A stretch of DNA of 64,000 bases from Raja brachyura (Eukaryota): NCBI GenBank assembly GCA_963514005.1, contig OY740804.1:41850001-41914000 (forward strand). The letters are read 5' to 3'. The notes beneath the pieces are model-generated. The model worked only from the letters and a program-made list of their open reading frames with translations. It was not told where the DNA came from and did not search any database. Below are positions 51,466 to 62,654 of this stretch, in pieces (the first letter of the stretch is position 1; every line of letters starts with the position of its first letter). The position numbers and the translations under genes are program-made.

Positions 51466-52580
51466 CGACCAGGAGATCAGGTAGACTAAGGTGGACTGAG
51501 CAGAGGTTTTCAGCGAAACAATCGCCGAGCCTGCGCTTGGTCTTGCCGATGTACAGAAGTTGACAGCTGGAAAAGCGGATACAGTAGATGAGGTTGGAGA
51601 GGTGCAAGTGAACCTTTGCCTCACCTGAAAAGATTGTTGGGGTCCTTGAATGGGGTTGAGGGGGGAAGTAAAGGGACAGGTGTTGCATCTCCTGCGGTTG
51701 CAGGAGAAAGTACCTGGGGATGGGGGTGGTTTGGGTGGGAAGTGACGAGTTGACCAGGAGAGAACAGTCTCTGCAGAAAGCAGAAAGTGGTGGAGATGGG
51801 AAGATGTGGCCAGTAGTGGGATCCTGTTGGAGGTAGCCAAAATGTTAGAAGATTATAGCTGTATGCAACGGCTGATGGGATAGAAGGTGAGGACAAGGGG
51901 GCTCTGTCCTTGTTACAAATGGGGAGCGGAGCTACGGGATATCGAGGACACCCTAGTGAGAGCCTCATCTATAATGGAAGAGGGGAACCCCCATTCCCTA
52001 AATAATAAGGACATTGCCAATGCCCTGGTAAGGAACACCTCGTCCTGGGAGCAGATGCGGTGTAGATGAAGGAATTGGGAGTTGGGGATAGAGTCTTTAC
52101 AGGAAGCACGATGGGAAGAAGTGTAGTCTAGATAGCTATGGGCGTCAGTGGATTTGTAGTAGATGTCGGTCAATAGTCTGTCTCCTGTGATGGAGACGGT
52201 GAGATCCAGAAACGGTAGGGAGATGTCAGAGATGGTCCAAGTGAATTTGAGTGCAGGAAGGAAATTGGTCATGAAGTTAATGAAGTCAGTGCGTTCTGCA
52301 TGGGTGCAGGAGGTAGCACCGATGCAGTCGTCAATGTAGCAGAGGTAGAGTTCGTGGAGAGGTCCAGTGGAACAGGGATTGTTCGACGTTACCTACAAAG
52401 AAGCAGGCATAGCTGGAGCCCGTGCGAGAGTCCAAAGCCACGCCTTGGGTTTGGAGGAAGTGGGAGGAGTGGAAGGAGAAGTTGTTGAGGGTAAGGACCA
52501 GCTCTGCTAGGCGGAGGAGAGTATTAGTAGACGGAAATTGTCTGGTTCTGCAGTTGAGGAAGAAACGGAGGGCTTTAAGT
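51466..52580 (-). mobile_element. Penelope-like retroelement fragment
   Basis: LLRLAELVLTLNNFSF; PALKFTWTISDISLPFLDL; SNLIYCIRFSSCQLLYIGKTKRRLGDCFAE (GIY-YIG). Confidence 0.9.
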
Positions 52581-53230
52581 CCTTCTTTCTGATAGGACAT
52601 ATAACCTTGAAGATTCAGCTCCCAGCTCCGATCCTCTTGTAGCCATGTCTCTGTAATCCCTACAACAAATTCTAACTGTGCCACAAGCTCATCCACTGTT
52701 TACGATATAGCGTGCATTCAAATACAACACCTTTAATTTGGTGTCCTCCCCTCTCACACCAGTCCTGATTTTATCTGACCTTAGTCTCTTATCCCTTCTT
52801 AAACTTACCCTCCCGCTAATTCTGGAGGTTCTGTAACTTTTCCTGAACTCTCTCTCCCTTTAACCCCACCCTTACACTTTCAATTTGTTTATGCCACCCG
52901 CCCACTATTTAGTTTAAAGCTGTATCTACGGCCCTAGTTATATGGTTTGCCAGGAGTTTGGTTCCAGAGATTATTACCTTCTTGATTCTGCTTTACAATT
53001 TGGTACCTAGCTGTTCAAATTCCTTCCGGAGAATGTCTTTCCTCGTTCTACCTATGTCTTTGGCACATGGGCCATGACAACCAGATCTTTCCCCTCCCAC
53101 TTCAAGTTCCTCTGCAGGTCAGACAAGATGTCCTGAACGCGGGCACCAGGCAGGCAACAGAGCCTTCGGGACTCTTGATCCTCATGACAGAGAACAGTGT
53201 CTCTGTCCCGAACTATATTATCCCCAATGA
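52581..53230 (-). mobile_element. CR1 ORF1/ORF2 junction fragment
   Basis: VVIGDNIVR...CCLPGARVQD; VVGITETWLQED. Confidence 0.8.
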
Positions 53231-53234
53231 CAAC

Positions 53235-53735
53235 TTCAGGATGCATCACAACTTGGTTTGGGAACAGTTCCATCCAAGACTACAGGAAATTGCAGCGAAT
53301 TCTGGACGCAGCCTAGACCATCACACAAACCAACCTCCCTTCTATTGACTCAATTTATACCTCACGCTACCTCGGCAAGGCCAGCAGCATAATCAAAGTC
53401 AAGTTGCACCTTCTTCTCCCCTCTCCCAATGGGCAAAAGGTATAGAAGAGTGAAAACACACACCTCTAAAATTCAGGGCCAGTTTCTTCCCAGCTGTTAT
53501 CAGGCACTGAATCATCCTACCTCAAGTAGAGACCTGTCTGGACTACTATCTACTTCATTGGTGACCCTCGGGCCATCTTTGATCGGACGTTACTGGCTTT
53601 ACCTTGCATTAACGGAATTTACGTACAATGTAAATGGCTCGACTGTAATCATGTATTGTCTTTACGCTGGATAGCATGCAACAAAAACTTTCCACTGCAC
53701 CTCGGTAAACATAACAATAAACTAAGTTAAATAAA
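53235..53735 (+). mobile_element. Rex/L2-type LINE 3' fragment
   Basis: GKRYRRVKTHTS...; AATAAACTAA tail. Confidence 0.6.
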
Positions 53736-54139
53736 ACTCCAGATCATTTGCCGTCTATCCTGGGATCCCCCCCATGTTACAGGCTCACCTGCGGTAGAAG
53801 ACATGGAGTGGTTAGTTATTGTGGGAGCACGTCTCTCCATGAGGAATGAATGGTTCCTACAGCCTTGCTGTTGGAGGTTCAGAATGGCAGACTGGAGCGT
53901 GGCGTGGGGTTAATAGGGTCAATGGGAGGGTCAACGGTTACTTCACACAAGTCACATTCCCCAGATGGAATACAAGGCACAGTGATTCTGCAATCACCCG
54001 GCACTTTACCACCCTCCACCCCCACCACCCCCCCCATTCCTCAATTATTGTGTATTCCCAACTTCAGCTCTCGAATCATCGCCTCACTTCTCTGCATTAA
54101 AAGAGGTTCACAGCCAAGCTGCCGAGTTCCTCTCATAGA

Positions 54140-55105
54140 GTTATAGTGTGAAACGATGCAAAAACAGGCCCTTTGGCCCACTTGCCCACATTAAGTCCAT
54201 ATCCCTCCAAATCTGACCTATCCATGTACCGGTCCAAATGTTACCTAAACGATGGGATAGTCCCAGCCTCAACTACCTCCTCTGGCAGCTGTTCCATACA
54301 CCCACTACCCTTTGGTGAAAAAAGTACCCCTCAGATTCGTATATTACTTTTCCTTCAGTTTAAACCTGTCCTCTGGTCCTCGATTCACCTACTCTGGGAA
54401 AGAGGCTGTTCCTTTCATGATTTTTTACACTATAAGATCATCCCTCATCCTCCTGCACTCCAAGGAAGTCCCAGCCTACTCAACCTCTCCCTATAGCTCA
54501 GACCCTCTTGTCCTGGCAATATCCTCATAAATCTTCCCTGCACCATTTCCAGCTTGATAACATTTTTCCTATAACATCTTTCCCAGAACTGATCACAATA
54601 CTGTAAATGCGGTCTCACCAACGTCTTATACAACTGCAACATGACCTCACAACTTCTATACTCGATATTCTGACTGATGAAGGCCAATGTTCCAAAATAC
54701 TTTTTGACCACCTTATCGACCTGCGACTCCAGCTTCAAGGAACCATGCATGAGGAGATGGAGAGCAGGTGGTGTGAGAGAGGGGCGAGGGTGTGCGAGCG
54801 CTGGCGTGGAGTGAGGGGGGGAGTTTGTGTTACGGGGGGGGGGGGGGTGCGGGAGTAGATGTGATGGAGGGGACGAGATGGAGAGCAAAGACACTCCTAG
54901 ACCCCTCTGCTCTACAACGCTCCCCAGGGGTCTACCATTTATTGTGTAGGTCCTGCCCTTGTTAGCCGTCCCAACATGCAACAGCTCACAATTCTCTGTA
55001 TTTAACCATTCCTCAGCCCACCTGGCCAATCAATCCCAATCCTGCTGCAATTTTCCACCATCTTCACTATCTGCAAAACCACCCACTTTTGTAACATCAG
55101 CAGAC
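54140..55105 (-). mobile_element. Old CR1 3' fragment
   Basis: LQLYKTLVRPHLQYCDQFW...GLSYRERLSRLGL. Confidence 0.8.
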
Positions 55106-55183
55106 TTGCCGTGTATTTATGTTCTCATCCAAATCACCTCCCTGGAGTCTGACGTTGTACCGCCCGCGTGTGCTTGGCCAGAC

Positions 55184-55311
55184 TCACTGTGCATCCCTCC
55201 TCTTGCTGAGGCGCCGCAGGAAGCAGCAGGTCACGCCGGCGACAATGGCGATGGAGACCGACAGAGAGGTCACCGCGCCCACCACGGCTGGTAGCGTGAG
55301 CGTGTCAGACA
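55184..55311 (-). CDS. IGSF8: IGSF8-like transmembrane/cytoplasmic exon
   Basis: Acceptor CCCCCGCAG; LSDTLTLPAVVGAVTSLSVSIAIVAGVTCCFLRRLSKRR resembles the IGSF8 tail ...TITCCFMKRLRKR; the TGA overlaps a CA|GTGAGT donor. Confidence 0.88.
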
Positions 55312-56059
55312 CTGCGGGGGCAAGGACAAGATCACTGGAACCCTCACACACACAACTCCCCACAGTGTAACAACACATCGCCTAGAACATGGGGGCTGGG
55401 GAGGGGAGATAGGAGGAGGGGGGGAAAGAGAGAGGAGGGTGTGGGAAAGAGAGAGGAGGGAGGGAAAGAGAGAGGAGGGGGGGAAAGAGAGAGGAGGGGG
55501 AGGGGTGGGAGCAGATAGCAGGTGGCAGTGGTGGCAGGGTGGGGTGATATGGGATAGTGGAAAGAAGGAGGGGAGAGGATGCAAGATGGGGAGAGTGCGG
55601 GGAAGGTGGGGAGGGAGGGAGGGCCAGGGGGAAGGAGGTGGCGGTGGAGAGGGGCGAGGGTGTGCGAGCGATGGCGTGGAGTGAGGGGGGGATTTTGTGT
55701 TACAGGAGGGGGCGGGAGTAGATGTGATGGGGGGGACGAGATGGAAAGCAAAGATACTGGAGCAAGAGTCTTCTACGATCTTTGGTGGAGAGGGAGTGGG
55801 GGGAAATGCGGAGGTGAGGTGGAGGGTGGTGGTACAGGGATATGGACAAAGGCAGTGACACTGAAAGCAGGAGGAGAGATAGGTTCAGAGAGCCTCCGAC
55901 TATCCTTCCCGCCCGGTGATCCCCTCCTCCACTGGCCTCCCCGTCACCTCCCCCACAGACAGCCCCCGCTCTCCCTCCCACATGCCATCCGTCACAGACC
56001 CATCCTCGTACCAGCCCCCCCCCCCTCCCTCCCCCTCCCCAGGTGTGTGGGGCACTCAC

Positions 56060-56449
56060 GAGTCAGGTAGAGGAAGAGTGTGGTGGGAGAGGAGCTGTCC
56101 TCGGCTGCCTGGTACCAGTGGCCGTCCTGGCTGCGGGCCCACAGCGCTAGCTGGCAGCGGTACAGCCCCTGGTCCTGGCGCCGTGCACCGTGCAGCCGCA
56201 GACGGAAGCACAACTCGCCGGGTCTGTCCACACTCAGCTCCGTCCCGGCTGCAGTCCGCCCGTCCCCAGCACCTCGCACCCCACGGCGGTCCAGACTGGC
56301 CAGCAGCTGCTGCCCGGGGCCCCACCAGCCCACCGACATCTGCCCTTCCTCCAGCGGGGCCCCCAGGCTGGCGTTACACAGCAGGGCTACCGTGTCCCCA
56401 CGGTAGAACATGGCCGGGGCCACAGAGACCTCGGCCAGCACCGACAGCT
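56060..56449 (-). CDS. IGSF8: IGSF8-like membrane-proximal Ig-V exon (D4)
   Basis: 390 bp, phase 1/1, AG and GT boundaries; YRGDTVALLCN...WW...FRLRLH...DQGLYRC...WYQAA. Confidence 0.9.
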
Positions 56450-57949
56450 CTGTGCAGGGGGCGGGGGGAAGGAAGAGAGGGAGAGGGGGGGGGGGGGTAG
56501 AGGAGAATGGGGAGAGGGGAAGTGGGAGAGGGGAGAGGGAAAGAGGAGGAGGAGGGGGAAGGCGTTGGAGAGGGGAGAGGAGGGGGTAGAGAGGAGCACA
56601 GGTAGGAGAAAAGGGAAGAGGGGATAGAGGTTGGGGAGGGAGGAGAGGGGGAAGAAAAACCGGGGATGACGAGGAGGGAGAGGGACAGGCATGGAGGGGG
56701 ATCAGGGGGGAGAGGGATGGGGGGTAGCCAAGGGGAGAGAGAGAGAGGGGGCAGGGAGATAGAAGGGGTGGTGTGGGAGCGAGACAGGAGAGTGAAAGTC
56801 AAATGTTAAGCACTGCAAGACCCAAAGTCTCAACAAATACGACCCTTCAGTACCCCATCCGGTCTCATCCTGCTCTCTGCACCATTTAATACCCTGTCTG
56901 ATCCCAGTCTCCTCACTCACCACATCCTTTAATATCCCAGCCATTCTAAACCCAGGTCACCCTCGCCCCCTGCGCCCTTTAATATCACACATGAAAATAT
57001 GCTTCACATGGACTCGATGGGCCGAATGGACCGTTTCCCAGTTGTTCCTGGAAAATGCCTCCCTAAACCGCAACCTCTCTTCTGGAGTAGCAGCATCCTT
57101 GACCACGTCACATCCAATTACTGGAGGACTGGAGTTATAAGGGGAGGCTTGATAGGCTGGGACCTGCTTTCCCTGGAGCGCTGGAGGCTGAGCAAGTACT
57201 TTATGATGGAGCGTGTCCAGCAATATGAGGGGCAAAGAAAAGGTGAGTAAAATTAGAGGACATAGATTTAAAGTGAGAGGGAAGAGATTATAGGGGACTC
57301 GATGTGCAATTTTTTCAGGGAGGGAATAGTGGGATGGAGGGAGTGAAGGAATGGAGGGAGGGAAGTGAAGATATGAGAGTGACAGTATCGGATGCAGGAA
57401 GAGCAGAAATGGTGCAGTGGGGAGAGGTGAGAGGGGACGAGGCCAGGATGATATGGGGAACATGATTTTGACGAGTTGACAGTAGAGAATAAGAGAGAAG
57501 AATGGGAGGATTGAAGAATGAGACGCAGAGTAAGAGAAATATAGAAATGAAATGTTACTTGCTGGTCAATTGCACTGTCCAATCCCAACAGACCGCACCC
57601 TTTCTCATTCATTCTTAAATCCAATGCCAATGGACCCGGATTCCCATAAGGTGAATGGTCACAGTCTTTTCCCAGGGAAGTGAAGTCCAATGGTAGAGGG
57701 AAGACATAGATTTAACAGGAACCTGAGGGGCAACTTAACCACACAATAGGGAGGTGCGCCTATGGAATAAGCTGCCAGAGGAAGTAGCAGAGACAGGTAC
57801 AATTACAAATAGGGCCGGTACATGGATAGGAAATGAAATGGACCGACTGCAGGCAAACAGGACGTGCTTAGGCACCTTGGTCAGAACAGCCAAGTTGGGC
57901 CAAAGGGCTTGTTTCTATGCCGTAAATCCACCACTATTTCTAGCCCTTC

Positions 57950-58310
57950 TGCGGTCACTGCCCCTCCTGGACAAAGCACGGATTTACAGCACCTCCTGTA
58001 TCGCCTCCTCCCTCTCTCCCTCCGTGCAGCGACCGCAGTCCTGTGGGTAAAGCAGGGAGCCACCTGTAGGTGTCCTAACCCAGTGGCTGTGTTGGGAGCC
58101 CACCCTGGGACCTCCTCCACACCACAGACTCCGGACACAGGGTGGGAGTGACTGCTGCTCCGACCAAATGCTCAGTGCATGGGGAAGACCCTTCGCTTCC
58201 AGTCACTCTCCAACCCCCACCCCACTCTGTGTGACCTCCGGCACTGTTACAATGCAGTCCCAGACTAGCCCAAGGACCCACCTGCCCGCCCTCACCCTCC
58301 CGTTCCCCCT
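57950..58310 (-). pseudogene. Possible decayed Ig-V D3 exon of the IGSF8-like gene
   Basis: VGPWASLGLHCN...GWRV...HLVG...LG*DTYRWL, then frameshifted PQDCGRCT; collinear with IGSF8 D3 motifs. Confidence 0.5.
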
Positions 58311-58811
58311 CCCCCTCGCTCTCTTCCCACCCTCACACATTCCCCCTCACAGTCTTCCCTCCCTTCTGCTCCCCTCAGGGAAGGGTGCATCCTGGGACTT
58401 GATCTCAACACCCTCTGACTCTGGGTAATCCGCAGTTTCCCTGTATCAGGACTGCTGGCTCTGCAGGTCACATCGCCTCAGCTTTTCTCTTCATTAGTAC
58501 CGTCTGACCTGCTCAACAAGCCCCACAGCCCAGTCATTAACACCCAACACAAGCTCTATCACGTTGCCCATTCCATCTCCACCAATCAGACACAGTGTCT
58601 AGCCCCCCTCCCCGTCCCAGCCCCTCCCTTCCTCCCTCCCTCCCTCCGACAACCAACTCGGCTTCTCTCTTTACCGTTGCTTAAGAAGGGTGTTGGGCCT
58701 GAACCGTTAACACTGGTTCTCTCTTCTCAGATACTGCCTGAGCAGTGCGTATATCCAACACTCTCAACCCAAACTTCTGCATAGTTTAATATGAACCAAA
58801 CTTGATGGATT

Positions 58812-58990
58812 AGAGGGAGCTTCACTCTGTCTGTCCTGTACCCTGGGAGTGTGTGATGGGCAGTGTAGAGGGAGCTACCCTCTGTGTCTGACTGTGGGAG
58901 TGTGTGATGGGAAGTGTAGAAAGAGCTGCCCTCTGTGTCTGACTGTGGGAACTGTGTGATGGGCAGTGTAGAGGGAGCTTCACTCTATCC
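58812..58990. repeat. ~45-50-bp tandem repeat next to the D2 exon donor
   Basis: GGGAGTGTGTGATGGGCAGTGTAGAGGGAGCT..CTCTGTGTCTGACT, about 3.5 copies. Confidence 0.85.
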
Positions 58991-59005
58991 AACCTCTGCC
59001 CTCAC

Positions 59006-59431
59006 CATTAGGCTGGACACTCAGCTCCACCAGTGGGATGGATTTCTCCAGAATCTTCTGCCAGCTTCCATCGGGGTCCTGGAGCCACTGTGCGGCCACA
59101 CACTGGTAGCGCCCCGCGTCCTGCAGCTCCACATGCTGCACGTACAGGTGGTAGGAGCTGGCCCCAAACTTCTGCAGCCCCACCTCTCCCCGCGTGAAGC
59201 GCAGCCAGAAGGGTCCCCCTGTGTCCACATCCAGGGCAAGATCTCGGTCCAGCCCCACCACCGGCTGCCCCCGGCCCGCTGCCGCCTCCTGCAGGACGAA
59301 ACTCACTGCCACGTGGAGGTGCAGTGGCGAGGTGGAGGCCACCGCACAGTGCAGCTCCAGCGACTGCCCCTGGTGCAGAGTGAGCGTCTCCACTGTATCG
59401 GGGCCCGTCAGTTGCAGTGTGTCCGGCACCA
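59006..59431 (-). CDS. IGSF8: IGSF8-like Ig-V exon (D2, EWI-motif domain)
   Basis: 426 bp, phase 1/1; VVPDTLQL...LELHC...HLHVAVSF...DAGRYQCVAAQWLQDPDGSWQKILEK. Confidence 0.92.
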
Positions 59432-60179
59432 CTGTGGGGTGGGGGGGACATTGAGGGGAGAGGGGGGTGATGAAAGAAGGGGATGGAGGGAAAGAGGAAT
59501 GGGTGGATGGTGAATGAGCCAGGTACGGGAAGAGAGTGGTGTGGGAGAGAAGGAGGCATAGCGAGGGAGAGGGTGGGTATGAGAGTGTGAGGAAGAAGTA
59601 CAGAGAGGAGAGATGGAGAGAGTGTGGTGGGATGGAAGGAGGTAGGGAGGGTGGGTGGGTGCAGGCAGGGATGGTGGGATTAGGGAGGAAGGGAGTGGTG
59701 GGGTCGGAGGAGATGTTGTGAGATGGGAGAGAAAGAGAGGAGGCAGGAAGTGAAGGGGTGGAGTGAGGGAAAGGTGAGGATGGAGACAGTGACAGGTGGC
59801 AGAAGAGCAGAAAAGATGCAATGGGGTCAAGCGGGAGGAAGAGGGAGGATGGGCAGGATGGGATATGAGGAATGTGATTTTGAGGAAAGGTGAATGTTGG
59901 GAATTAGAAGGAGGGAGGGGTGGGTTGAAGAACGAGACAGTGCGAGAGGGAAATAGAAAAGAAGCGTTACTTGCTGGTCGATTACTCCCACTGTCCAATC
60001 CCAATGGACCCCACCCTTCCCATTCACTCAGATTCGTACAACATGGAAAATGGCCCTTTGGCCCAATGCGTCAATGCCCAATCTAAATCAATCCCATTTG
60101 TCTGCATTTCACCCATATTCCCTGAGCCTTTCCCAGCCATGTACCTGTCCACGTGTCTTTTCAATGTCGACACTCAGAA

Positions 60180-60490
60180 TGTTTAGTTTAGTTTTTAAGA
60201 AATAATGCAGAGACAGGCCCTTTGGCCCACCTTGTCTGCACTGACCAGCATTCACCCCACACACCAGCGCTATCCTACACACTAGGGACTATTTACAATT
60301 GTAGCAAAACCAATTAATCCTTAAACCTGTACGTCTTTGGAGTGCGGGAGGAAACAGGAGCACCGGGAGAAAACCCATGTGGTCACATGGAGAATATCCA
60401 AACTCCGCACAGACAGCACCCATGGTCAGGATCGAACCCGTGTCTTTGGCACTGTAAGGCACCAACTCTAACGCTGCGCCATTATGCCAT
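60180..60490 (-). mobile_element. tRNA-derived SINE
   Basis: GGTTCGATCC B-box; CTAAA tail. Confidence 0.8.
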
Positions 60491-60839
60491 CCATGTCTGA
60501 AGAGTTTTTGCAGTTTTTGTTTTGTATATATTTTTTATTCTGAATAGTTTCCTATTTTAAAAAACGTGTATTTACTGAGTGAAAAAGTTCCCGCTCGAGT
60601 TCCAATTAAATCTTTTGCCTCTCACCTGTGTCTCTTGATTTCTTGATTTCTCTACCCTGGGTGAAGACTTGGCATTCACTCTGTCAATTCCCCCTCATGA
60701 TCTCATATGCCTCTATGAGGTCACCCCTCATCCTCCCGTGCTCCAAGGAATAAAGTCCTAGCCTGCCCAGCCTATCCCTGTAGCTCAGGCCCAGGCAAAA
60801 TCACCAATATTCTCAACACGCCCACTGCCTATTGCCAAT

Positions 60840-61260
60840 GGTCTGAGCTACAGGGAGGGGGGGATTGAGTAGGCTGAGACCTTATACCTTGGAGTACAGG
60901 AGAATGAGAGGTGATCTTATAGAGGTGTACAAAATCATGCAAGGAGTAGATTGGGTCGATGCACAGAGTCTATTGTCTAGAGTAGGGGAATCGAGGGTTA
61001 AGATGAAGGTCAAAAGATTTAACAGGAATCTGAGGGGTACCTCTTTCACACAAAGGGTGGTGGGGTATGGAATAGGCTGCCAGAGGAGGTTGTTGAAGCA
61101 GGGACTATTCTAACATTTAAGAAACAGTTAAACAGGTACATGGATAGGACAGGTTTGGAGGAATATAGGCCACACCTGGGCAGGTGGGACTGGTGTAGCT
61201 GGGACATGTTGGCCTGTGTGGGCAAGTTGGACTGAAGGGCCTGTTTCCACACTGTATCAT
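60840..61260 (+). mobile_element. CR1 3' fragment (with a minus-strand CR1 piece at ~60580-60800)
   Basis: YTLEYRRMRGDLIEVYKIM...FTQRVV. Confidence 0.8.
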
Positions 61261-61320
61261 TCCCATTCCATCCCCCTACCCACTACCAATGGGTAATGCT
61301 CTTTGTTATCGCAAGGCTAC

Positions 61321-61695
61321 CTTTTAGCTGGACGAGGGCCATGTACTCTCCTCGATATCTCCCCTCTGCTGCCGGGACGCTGCACTCCAGGTCGCCCTCA
61401 TCGGATTTGCGGACCTTTCCAATGAGCAGCTGGACGGAGCCGGGTGCTGGCCGTCTGATGGCGACCTCGGTGGAGAGCACCCTGTGTCGGAGGCTGGCGT
61501 GGGCGAAGGCCGGATCCCGCGTACTCACCAGCCTGAGCCTTTCCGGAGGCTCCGAGCGCCGGATTAAAGTCCACTCGAAGTCCAGCCCACCGGTCTCATC
61601 CAGGGCAGACACATTGCAGAACACCGAAAGCTGGCTTCCCTCCACCCTGAAGAGAGGTCCCTGAGGCAAGCGCACTCCCGGCACCCATGCCAACG
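61321..61695 (-). CDS. IGSF8: IGSF8-like Ig-V exon (D1)
   Basis: 375 bp, phase 1/1; VRLPQGPLFRVEGSQLSVFCNVS...DFEW...VSTRD...DEGDLECSVP...RYRGEY. Confidence 0.92.
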
Positions 61696-61727
61696 CTGCA
61701 GGGAGACAAGGTCATGGAAGGCAAGCT

Positions 61728-62310
61728 TCCCATCCACCCACCCACCCTGCACATTCCCAATGGACTCCAGCCCTCCCATCCACCCACCCTGCACATTCCC
61801 AATGGACCCCAGCCTTCCCATCCACCCACCCTGCACATTCCCAATGGACTCCAGCCTTTCCCACCCACCCTGCACATTCCCAATGGACTCCAGCCTTCCC
61901 ATCCACCCACCCACCCTGCACATTCCCAATGGACCCCAGCCTTCCCACCCACCCACCCTGCACATTCCCAATGGGCCCCAGCCTTCCCATCCACCCACCC
62001 TGCCCATTCCCAATGGACACCAGCCTTTCCCACCCACCCTGCAATTCCCAATGGACTCCAGCCTTCCCATCCACCCACCCTGCACATTCCCAATGGACCC
62101 CAGCCTTCCCACCCACCCACCCACCCTGCACATTCCCAATGGACTCCAGCCTTCCCAATCACCCACCCTGCACATTCCCAATGGACTCCAGCCCTCCCAT
62201 CCACCCACCCTGCACATTCCCAATGGACTCCAGCCTTTCCCACCCACCCTGCACACTTCCAACAGACCCCAGCCTTTCCAATCCAACTCACCCTACACAT
62301 TCCCAAAGGA
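61728..62310. repeat. ~35-46-bp minisatellite abutting the D1 acceptor
   Basis: Unit CCCACCCTGCACATTCCCAATGGACTCCAGCCTTCCCATCCA, about 14 copies. Confidence 0.95.
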
Positions 62311-62654
62311 CCATCCCTTTCATTTCTACCCTCCAGGATCCCTTCAGACCCAACCCCTTCCCATTTACTAACACTGACCCCATTCTCAACAGACTCCATT
62401 CACTCCCACCATCCACACTCCCAATAGATCCCTTCCCTTCCCATTCACTGCCACTATGTATAATCCTAAGCAATCAAATCCTTCCTATTGCAAAACATTC
62501 TCTCCCTCTGTACCCAGTACTATGAGTGGAGGGAGCTTCTGTCTCTAAACCCATGCCTTGGGAATGTTTGAAGGGACAGTGTAGATGGACCTTCATTCTG
62601 CATTGAACGTCATAATGTTATCAATCTTAATGCATTCACAGGTTTGAGCTGAGG

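Noticed and set aside
55184-61695. Assignment to PTGFRN, IGSF3 or CD101
   Set aside because: The short TCCF-basic tail and the D1/D2/D4 motifs fit IGSF8 better; the others have more Ig domains and different tails.
61564-62525. Several 200-267 aa ORFs on both strands
   Set aside because: Minisatellite artefacts.
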